From Candidatus Freyarchaeum deiterrae (GTDB lineage Archaea; Asgardarchaeota; Jordiarchaeia; Jordiarchaeales; Jordiarchaeaceae): a DNA stretch of 64,000 nt. Positions 48,792 through 56,398 of the stretch are shown in pieces. Each line of letters begins with the position of its first letter. Position 1 is the stretch's first letter. Made by a program: the position numbers and the translations under genes. The stretch lies in contig CP147778.1 in assembly GCA_037305845.1 (NCBI GenBank), forward strand, positions 640,001 to 704,000, written 5' to 3'. Below the pieces are notes generated by a model. The model was not told the origin of the DNA and did not search any database. It saw only the letters and a list, made by a program, of their open reading frames with translations.

Positions 48792-48953
48792 TTTTAGGCA
48801 TAAAATTATTTAATGGGGGGTTGTTCAGTTTTGAAGTGTATGTTTTCGATGAAGTGAAATGAAGAAATTCGATTTGCATATGCTTATTTTTCAGAATTTG
48901 TGGGAAAAGAAATATCTATTCGGGAGAAAATTCCAGTAGATTTAACTGTATGA
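48792..48953 (+). repeat. Array spacer element copy 2
   Basis: Near-identical to 47746 element; its tail matches the sfsA end (aaaattccagtagatttaactgtatga vs aaaattcctgtagatttaactatatga). Confidence 0.85.
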
Positions 48954-48980
48954 TAAAAAAGGAGAAATTTTGGGTGGCGT

Positions 48981-49691
48981 TTAGATCTCGAATATCATTC
49001 CTCTGCATTCGGGCTTGTCGAATTCTTCCAGCTTATAGTCGAAGTGTTTCTTTGTAATTAGTTCCATACCAGCGGTGGGAATTATCAGATTTACGCATTC
49101 CGAGCCTCCAACCATGCGTGATATTCCCTCGTTTATAAAGGCTAGGCACGCATCCTTGAAAAGACAGTTAGGTACTACCATGGTTAAACCATTGTTTTCT
49201 TCCCTGATGTAGCGCATAGGAATAGTCATTTTAGCTGCCTTTCCTATATCGCAAACCTTTGTAACGGCTTCTAATGCATCTTCGGTAGTTCCTATTGCAT
49301 TGTTTAGCAGACCGCTGATCTCGATTATGGCTTTCATGGCCCTGTAGGCTGCTCTCTTGGCTCCTGCCGCCGTGAATCCTTGGAGTTTGCTCTCAGCTTT
49401 GCCTATGCCGTATATTAGTGAGTTGTATCCTTGGGGGTACTTTTCGAAATTTACTGTGATGTAGTTGTAAACATCATCCACTCCCTGTATGTTTTCGGGT
49501 GGTTTTTCTTTCAGCTTCTCCGCTTCAAACTGTAGCGCATACTCTGCCACCATTCTTGTAAATACGGGTCCGTATAGCTTCGATGTTTCCTCTACCGCAG
49601 ATTTTATGAAAAATAAAGCGTTCTGGTTATCGAACTCGCCAGACTGAATAAATTCATTTTCAATCTTAGTCGTAAGAAGTTCACCTCTCAT
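48981..49691 (-). CDS. V4R/MetOD1-like Cys4 protein, array copy 3
   Basis: Same motifs (CLFKDAC, GGSEC, ECRG). Confidence 0.8.
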   Translation of the reverse strand: MRGELLTTKIENEFIQSGEFDNQNALFFIKSAVEETSKLYGPVFTRMVAEYALQFEAEKLKEKPPENIQGVDDVYNYITVNFEKYPQGYNSLIYGIGKAESKLQGFTAAGAKRAAYRAMKAIIEISGLLNNAIGTTEDALEAVTKVCDIGKAAKMTIPMRYIREENNGLTMVVPNCLFKDACLAFINEGISRMVGGSECVNLIIPTAGMELITKKHFDYKLEEFDKPECRGMIFEI

Positions 49692-50061
49692 ACCCTAAAT
49701 TATTATACTACGCATCTTTCGTTGTTGGTCGCAAATTATTTAATATAGCTCTGTTATATAATTTAGGTTTTGAGTAATTTAAAGCTTATTAATTGCGATT
49801 AGTATCTACTTTTTAACATTATTCTCTGATTGGATATTTTTTCATCATATATTGAAATTTATAAACCCTTCTAATTGGAACTCATTATTTTGAAATTAGA
49901 TTGTCTAGAACTTTCTATCTTGTAGAGCCTGTTTTAATTAGGAATAGCATTAATTCTTTTCTTTTTTGGAGAACTATTTTGCCCCAATGATTGCAAACTA
50001 ATTAAAAATTTATTATATTCTAACTATTAGAATATCAAGTTAATTTCTTCTCCGAGAATCA

Positions 50062-50219
50062 TTTTAGGCATAAAATTATTTAATGGGGGGTTGTTCAGTT
50101 TTGAAGTTTATGTTTTCGGTGAAGTGAAATGAAGAAATTCGATTCCCACATGCTTATTTTTCAGAATTTGTTCAAAAAGAAATAGTCATTAGAGGAAGAA
50201 TACCAGTGAACTTAATGAG
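50062..50219 (+). repeat. Array spacer element copy 3
   Basis: Near-identical to the 47746 and 48792 elements. Confidence 0.85.
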
Positions 50220-50260
50220 TATGAACTATTTTAAACAATGAGAAATTTTGGAGCTTGTAT

Positions 50261-50977
50261 TTAGAACTCGAATATTCTTCCTCTGCATTCGTCCTCTTCG
50301 AATTTATCCAGTCTGTAGTCCAGGTGTTTTTCGGTAACAATTTCCGCCCCAACGTCGGTGACTACTAGAAATACACATTCCGAACCACCGATTAGGCGTG
50401 ATATTCCCTCCTTTGCAAAGGCTTTGCAGGCATCCATGAAAATGCAGTTAGGTACTACTACGATTACTTGATTATTTTCTCCCCTAATGTATCTTGCTGG
50501 AGATGTTGTTTTAAGTTCTTTATTTATCTCCTCGTTCGTGTATATGGCTTCGAATGGATCTTTAGTTTTTCCAATTATGCTGTTCAGCAGACCGGTGCTC
50601 TCGATTACGGATTTCATCGCGCTATACGCGGCTTTTCTAGCTCCTGCTCCTGTAGAACCCCAGAATTTGATATCCGCCTTGGCTATGCCGTAGAGTAGAG
50701 CGCAGTATCCTCTGGGGTACCGGTTCAGGTTTGCGGAGATGTAGTCTGTGACCGCTTCCAGTCCCTGGATGTTTTCGGGCGGTTTCTCGTTCAGTTTCTC
50801 CGCTTCGAATTTGAGTGCGTACTCTGAAACCATGCGTGCGAAAATGGGGCCATATAGTTTTGCTGTCTCATCAGCCGCGGTCTTTGCAACAAGTAAAACA
50901 GTTTGGTTATCGGTCTCGCATTCTACGGTAAATTCATTTTCTTTGCCTTTAGGTAAGATACTCTCACCTTCTTCTAT
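50261..50977 (-). CDS. V4R/MetOD1-like Cys4 protein, array copy 4 (no canonical start at the homologous N-terminus)
   Basis: Homology continues 48 codons above the ORF-track start 50833 to ATA at 50977, giving 717 nt, the same length as copy 2. Confidence 0.7.
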   Translation of the reverse strand: MEEGESILPKGKENEFTVECETDNQTVLLVAKTAADETAKLYGPIFARMVSEYALKFEAEKLNEKPPENIQGLEAVTDYISANLNRYPRGYCALLYGIAKADIKFWGSTGAGARKAAYSAMKSVIESTGLLNSIIGKTKDPFEAIYTNEEINKELKTTSPARYIRGENNQVIVVVPNCIFMDACKAFAKEGISRLIGGSECVFLVVTDVGAEIVTEKHLDYRLDKFEEDECRGRIFEF

Positions 50978-51222
50978 AATTTAGAGGTTTTTTCTCCAAA
51001 TTCTTGTGTGCCGATATGCATTATTGATACTATTATTAATATTTGATTAAAATTTGAAGGATTTAAATTTTAGTATCGCTAACTAGTATCTATTTTTTTG
51101 TTATTATTTTAACTGTTGAATATCGTGTTACTTTCTGTATTTGGGAAATCATTTTTAGGTGGAAAAAGCATTTTATAGAAGGTTGCTTCGTTTGAGATTT
51201 GAGGCTGTTTCGGTGATATTAA

Positions 51223-51927
51223 ATGAAGAAATTTGATTTCCATATACATACCTGCTGTTCCAAGCACTGGATATGGGGAATAGACGGCTTGAGTACACCG
51301 CGAGAAGTTGTGGAAACCGCCATCAGTCGTGGACTGGATGGAATAGCGGTGTCGGATCATAACACTACTAAGGGCGGCTTAATCGCTGCAAGAATCGCTA
51401 AGAAAATAGATAAAAATTTCCTGGTTATTCCCAGCATGGAGGTAAAGTCCAAAATCGGGGATGTTCTGGCAATCGGTGTTGCTGAAGAATTGACTATCAG
51501 GAGCAGGTCCCTGACCGCTGAGGAAGCTGTTGAGCAGATGAGAGAAAAGGGTGCGGTGATCATCGCTCCTCACCCTTATGGCAGAGAGGGGCTAGGCTCA
51601 CTGGTTGAAAAGTTGGGATTTGATGCTCTTGAGGGTTTTAACGCCAGGATTCTTCCGCGCTTTAATAGGAAGGCGAAGGAACTGGCGACAAAATTGGGTT
51701 TACCTATGGTTGCAAGCAGCGATGCACATATAGCGGATGAAATCGCAAACGGGATAACTGCTTTAAACATTAACGAGCTCTCAATAGATGCCGTGAAGGA
51801 TGCGATAATTAAGGGGAAAACGAAAATTTATCAGGAAAGACGTACGAAGAGCATGGGCCGTGTCTATACCAAAAAATTTGGCTTGCTACTCCACGTGGCA
51901 AAACGACCATTATGTGAACAAACCTGA
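51223..51927 (+). CDS. PHP-domain phosphoesterase
   Basis: DFHIHT, AVSDHN, IAPHPY, SSDAH; GGTGA RBS. Confidence 0.9.
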   Translation: MKKFDFHIHTCCSKHWIWGIDGLSTPREVVETAISRGLDGIAVSDHNTTKGGLIAARIAKKIDKNFLVIPSMEVKSKIGDVLAIGVAEELTIRSRSLTAEEAVEQMREKGAVIIAPHPYGREGLGSLVEKLGFDALEGFNARILPRFNRKAKELATKLGLPMVASSDAHIADEIANGITALNINELSIDAVKDAIIKGKTKIYQERRTKSMGRVYTKKFGLLLHVAKRPLCEQT

Positions 51928-51968
51928 ACCGCATTTCCGAAAAACTTCCACTTCAAACTGGTGGTTAT

Positions 51969-52046
51969 ATGAGAAAATTCGACTTGCACATTCACACTAC
52001 TTGTTCGCAGAATGAATTGGGGAAGTGGCGCAGTAAGCTCCCCTAA
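51969..52046 (+). pseudogene. PHP-domain N-terminal fragment
   Basis: MRKFDLHIHTTCS then premature stop; matches MKKFDFHIHTCCS. Confidence 0.7.
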
Positions 52047-52174
52047 CTGGAATTATTTTTGAAAAATTTTTGCCGAAGATTTAAATGTTTTATAATCCTG
52101 TTATATTATTGGTAGCGATTATTATTGTATATAGATTAATTAATATTCGACCAACAACGCAGAAAGGTGAGTAA

Positions 52175-52897
52175 ATGACTAAAATTGGAGAAAATGGGAT
52201 TACTATTTCCATTGGTAAAAATGAAATTATCGTGGAAAGTGAACCCGATGCTCAAATTACTGTGTTTTTTGCAAAAAGTTCTGTACAAGAAATGGATAAG
52301 ATTTACGGACCATTATTCACAAGAATGGTGTCAGAGTACGCGCTACAGTTCGAAGCCGAAAAACTAAACGAGGAGCCGCCCGAAAACATCCAGGGACTGG
52401 ACGCAGTAACGAATTACATTACAGCGAACCTGAACCGGTACCCCAGAGGATACTGCGCCATATTTTACGGCGTAGCTAAAACTGAAAAAAACCTGCAAGG
52501 GTCTATAGGCTCAGGATCTAGAAGAGCTGCCTTCAATGCGATGAAATCCATAATCGAGAGCAGCGGCATGCTAAGCAGTGTAATCGGAACCACCGAAGAC
52601 ATATTCGAAGCCATTGCAAAGGCTGTAGAGATAGTAAAGGCAGTTAAAATAAATATTTCGATGCGCTACATTAAGGGCGAAGACAAGGAGATAACCATGG
52701 TAGTACCTAACTGTCCTTACAAGGATGCTTGCCGAAGTTATATTAGAGAGGGAATATCACGTTTGGTCGGCGGCTCGGAGTGCACAAATTTAACGTGCCA
52801 AGCAGTTATTTCAGAACTCATTACCAAAAAACACCTGGACTACAGACTGGAAGAATTCGATAAACCCCAATGCAAAGGAACAATATTCGAAGTCTAA
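52175..52897 (+). CDS. V4R/MetOD1-like Cys4 protein, array copy 5
   Basis: GGTGAG RBS; CPYKDAC, GGSECTNLTC, QCKG. Confidence 0.8.
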   Translation: MTKIGENGITISIGKNEIIVESEPDAQITVFFAKSSVQEMDKIYGPLFTRMVSEYALQFEAEKLNEEPPENIQGLDAVTNYITANLNRYPRGYCAIFYGVAKTEKNLQGSIGSGSRRAAFNAMKSIIESSGMLSSVIGTTEDIFEAIAKAVEIVKAVKINISMRYIKGEDKEITMVVPNCPYKDACRSYIREGISRLVGGSECTNLTCQAVISELITKKHLDYRLEEFDKPQCKGTIFEV

Positions 52898-53121
52898 ACG
52901 CGACATCATCTCCTCCTATTTTTTTGAGTTATCATTATTTATTGGAATTCTTTTTGAGCGATTTAGAACTTAACTTTTGTCGGCAAGCCTCCTTCCAATA
53001 GGGAGGGGATAAGCGGTGGTGGTGGTTGCGCCTGCACTAAGAACTTTAATGTTCTTTATATCTTCCAACTTCGATTCTCCATCACTAATTTTTCGTTTAT
53101 ATTTGACAGGCGTAAATTGAA

Positions 53122-53375
53122 AGAAGGGACTGGCGACAAAATTGGGCTTACCTATGGTTGCAAGTAGCGATGCTCATATAGCGGATGAAATCGCAAACGG
53201 GATAACTGCTTTAAACATTAATGAACTCTCAATAGAGGCCGTGAAAGATGCAATAATTAAGGGGAAAACGAAAATTTATCAAGAAAAGCGTACGAAGAGC
53301 ATGGGCCGTGTCTATACCAAAAAATTTGGTTTACTGCTCCATGTTGCAAAAAGGCCGTTATGTGAACAAACCTAA
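53122..53375 (+). pseudogene. Duplicated 3' third of the PHP gene
   Basis: GLPMVASSDAH...RPLCEQT nearly identical to the C-terminus of 51223..51927; lacks the N-terminal metal ligands. Confidence 0.85.
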
Positions 53376-53413
53376 ATCATTTTTCGAAAAATTTTCACTT
53401 TTATGATGATTCG

Positions 53414-53510
53414 ATGAAAAATCGACATCACATTTACACTACCTGTTCGAAAAAAGAATTTGGGGACCTGACTCAATAAGCACCCCAAGGCTGTTGATGA
53501 AAGTGCTATG
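53414..53510 (+). pseudogene. Frameshifted PHP N-terminal fragment
   Basis: HIYTTCSKK followed in a shifted frame by IWGPDSISTPR (cf. HIHTCCSK..IWGIDGLSTPR). Confidence 0.65.
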
Positions 53511-53691
53511 CTTTAAAATTAGGCAAACATCGAAAAAAGAATGTTAAATTCTAAAATAAGTGTTGTTTCGTTAAAATTAACTATTATTTTCAATCTGTTT
53601 TTTTCTGCGTTTTTACGTTTAAACGATATCTTGTAAAAAGAGCTTGGTGGCTAAAATTTAAATACATTCAATAACAGTGTTATATTAACTA

Positions 53692-54483
53692 TTGAGATTT
53701 ACGACCAACAATGCAAAGTGGAGAAAATATCACAAAACTAGAGAAGAAGGTGAGATTATCCCAGCTAATAGTACAGATGAATATAGTAAAAATGAATGCG
53801 GCAAAAAGGAAATTATTGTGGAAAGCGAGCCCGATAGCCAAATTTCTGTACTTTTTGTTAAAAGTGCGGTTGAAGAGACTGCAAAACTATACGGCCCCAT
53901 TTTCACCCGTATGGTTTCAGAGTACACACTCCAGTTTGAAGCCGAGAAGCTGAAAGAAAAACCGCCAGAAAACATCCAAGGCTTAGACCAGGTAACAAAC
54001 TACATCCTAGCAAATCTAGACAAGTATCCCAAAGGGTACTGCTCCTTAATGTACGCTATAGGCAAAGCTGAGAGCCAACTGCAAGGATCTACAGGGTCAG
54101 GGGCCAAGAGATCCGCCTATAGTGCAATGAAATCCATAATAAAGGCGAGCGGTATGCTAAACAGTATAATCGGAACCACGGAAGAGGTCTTCGAAGCCCT
54201 TACCAAGTTTGAGGAAATAGGGAAGATGGTTAAAACAGCTATTCCTCTACGTTTCATCGGTGGAAAAAATAATGACGTAACCATGGTAACGGATAAATGT
54301 CCTTACAAGGATGCCTGCAGAGCATTCGTGAGGGAGGGAATATCACGCATGGTTGGAGGCGCGGAGTGCATAAATATAATATGCCACGCAGCGGTTTCAG
54401 AAATCGTTACCAAAAAACAATTCGACTATAGACTGGATGAATTCGATAAACCCGAATGCAAGGGAAGAATATTTGAAGTTTAA
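53692..54483 (+). CDS. V4R/MetOD1-like Cys4 protein, array copy 6
   Basis: Same motifs (CPYKDAC, GGAECINIIC, ECKG); true start probably downstream of 53692. Confidence 0.78.
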   Translation: MRFTTNNAKWRKYHKTREEGEIIPANSTDEYSKNECGKKEIIVESEPDSQISVLFVKSAVEETAKLYGPIFTRMVSEYTLQFEAEKLKEKPPENIQGLDQVTNYILANLDKYPKGYCSLMYAIGKAESQLQGSTGSGAKRSAYSAMKSIIKASGMLNSIIGTTEEVFEALTKFEEIGKMVKTAIPLRFIGGKNNDVTMVTDKCPYKDACRAFVREGISRMVGGAECINIICHAAVSEIVTKKQFDYRLDEFDKPECKGRIFEV

Positions 54484-54734
54484 ATTCTACCTCATTTTTT
54501 TCTTTGTTTTTTGTATTATTCCTGATTAGAATTCTTTTAAGCGATTCAGAGCCTTTGTCGGCAGTCATCTATTCTTCGTTCGCTAATTTGATGTTTGGGG
54601 AGCCGCCTGTTAGGATAATGTAAGTTTTTCGGAGATGATGGAAAATGGGCTGATGAAGGTTTATTCTAGTTATCGGTGTTTTGTTTTTCTGGAGTATTGA
54701 TTGTGGTCTAATTAAAAAAGAGGTGAAGTGTGTT

Positions 54735-56222
54735 CTATGTTTCTTTTTCTTCTGTTTCTTCTGGTTCCACGATGAGTGTTAGTCCTTGTACTTTTACTAC
54801 TTTTATTTTTGTTTCTTCGGGAATGGTTTTGCCGTCTTGGGATTTTGCGCTCCAGGTTTCTGATTCTACTAGTACCTGTCCTTTTGGTGTTAGTTCGGTT
54901 GTTGTTTTTCCCTTTTTCCCAATGAGGGCTTCGATGTCTAGTTCTTTTGCTATCTTTCTGGTTTGCCCCACTTTGTATACGAGGTAGCCGAAGAAGGCTG
55001 AGATGAAGAGGGATACGATTAATACGGAGGCAATCACGGTTTGTATGAAATTGTATGTGATTAGCCAGTTTGATGTAGGAAAGATCAGGAGCGCTCCTAG
55101 TATGAAGCAGGCTACACCGCCGGCTGCCAGCACGAAGGCGTGAGTCTTCAGTTCCAGTAGGAATAGTATGAAACCGAAGACAAAGAATAGTATGGATGCA
55201 AAATTAAAGCCTAGTACCCCTAATCCAGCCAATCCGAGTATGAAAGAGATTGCTCCAAGTGTTTCTGCACCGAAGCCGGGTGTCTTAAGACCTATGACAA
55301 TGCAGAAGAGACCCACTACGAGCAAGATATAGGTGATATACGGGTTTACTATGATGCTTAGAACGTTATACTGTATGGGTGGTTGATAAAAGTATATGAA
55401 CGGAGAATCGCTTATACCTGCAAAGTCCACTTCACTGACTATGGTATAATTTGAAACGTTGGCTTTCGGTATTAGTTTCCAAGCTAATACGCCGCTGGGT
55501 GCGTTATACCTTATTAGTGTCATATTATCTAATTGTTGAAGAAGTCCAAATAGATCGTTGGCTACTATGTCTATCATCCCAGTATCCTTGGCGTTGTCGG
55601 GTAGTAGGTTTAGATTCATGGTAACGAATTGCTGAGCGATAGTTACATTTCTGTCATGAAGACTGGCGTGAGCACTCATTAACGCGGTCATTTCGGCTAC
55701 ATAGGTTAGATCATAGATCGGCTGACCCGCCTGTACTGGTTGGGCGGCGCCTATGAGGGTACCGCTGGACATAACTGCTATGTGACTAGACATAAGCAGA
55801 TATGTTCCTCCGCTCCAGGCTGTTGAGCCTAAGGGTGCCACAAAAACGCATACTGGTATGCTGCTTACCTCAAACATGTTCATAATGTCCTCTACGGCGC
55901 TTAATTCGCCGCCGGGAGTGTTTATGAAGACCACTATTAGGTTGGCTTGAATTGAGAATGCTTGGAACATGGCGTCCTGAACCATAAGTTCTGTGGAGCG
56001 CGTTATTTCATTGTCTATGCTTAGTACCACAATTCTCTGGGGAGCCTGTTTTGTTCCGATGCCTTGGGCGCTGTAGCGGCTTGCGGTAAGGTATTGCTGG
56101 AAACTTGAGATTAGTTGTTGTTGTTGTTGATTATGCTGATTTTGTGTTAGTACTCCTAACCCTAGCGGGAATAAAATCAAAAGTGCCAAAAACAAAATGA
56201 TAAGCTTCCGCAAACGCTCCAC
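54735..56222 (-). CDS. nfeD: NfeD-family membrane protein (ClpP-like domain + TM + OB fold)
   Basis: INTPGG, AWSGGTY, IGAAQPV, TPGFG, LFLLE, G.V.V.SETWSA. Confidence 0.88.
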   Translation of the reverse strand: MERLRKLIILFLALLILFPLGLGVLTQNQHNQQQQQLISSFQQYLTASRYSAQGIGTKQAPQRIVVLSIDNEITRSTELMVQDAMFQAFSIQANLIVVFINTPGGELSAVEDIMNMFEVSSIPVCVFVAPLGSTAWSGGTYLLMSSHIAVMSSGTLIGAAQPVQAGQPIYDLTYVAEMTALMSAHASLHDRNVTIAQQFVTMNLNLLPDNAKDTGMIDIVANDLFGLLQQLDNMTLIRYNAPSGVLAWKLIPKANVSNYTIVSEVDFAGISDSPFIYFYQPPIQYNVLSIIVNPYITYILLVVGLFCIVIGLKTPGFGAETLGAISFILGLAGLGVLGFNFASILFFVFGFILFLLELKTHAFVLAAGGVACFILGALLIFPTSNWLITYNFIQTVIASVLIVSLFISAFFGYLVYKVGQTRKIAKELDIEALIGKKGKTTTELTPKGQVLVESETWSAKSQDGKTIPEETKIKVVKVQGLTLIVEPEETEEKET

Positions 56223-56398
56223 CTCGAACTATTCTCTCCATCTTGTAATCTTTATGTTTGACTAATAATCTTTTTCCTTCTTTTTATATTTTTGGAAAGA
56301 GGAAGTGGTGGAGTTAGTGTAACCTGTTGTTATAGGTTGAGGTCTCCATTCTGAATGGGGAGGTTTTCAGAGACTCTTTTTTCAAAAAAAGAAGATGT

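Noticed and set aside
47746-50219. Regularly spaced repeats as a CRISPR array or MITE
   Set aside because: Units are ~160 bp, separated by whole genes, lack terminal inverted repeats, and are explained as PHP/sfsA duplication junctions; no cas genes
52973-53100. Short minus-strand frame KISDGESKLEDIKNIKVLSAG... after array copy 5
   Set aside because: No start/RBS or recognisable homology; cannot be supported as a gene or fragment
46647-54483. Diversity-generating retroelement behind the paralogue variation
   Set aside because: No reverse transcriptase in the window; differences are spread over whole genes and are not adenine-specific TR/VR pairs
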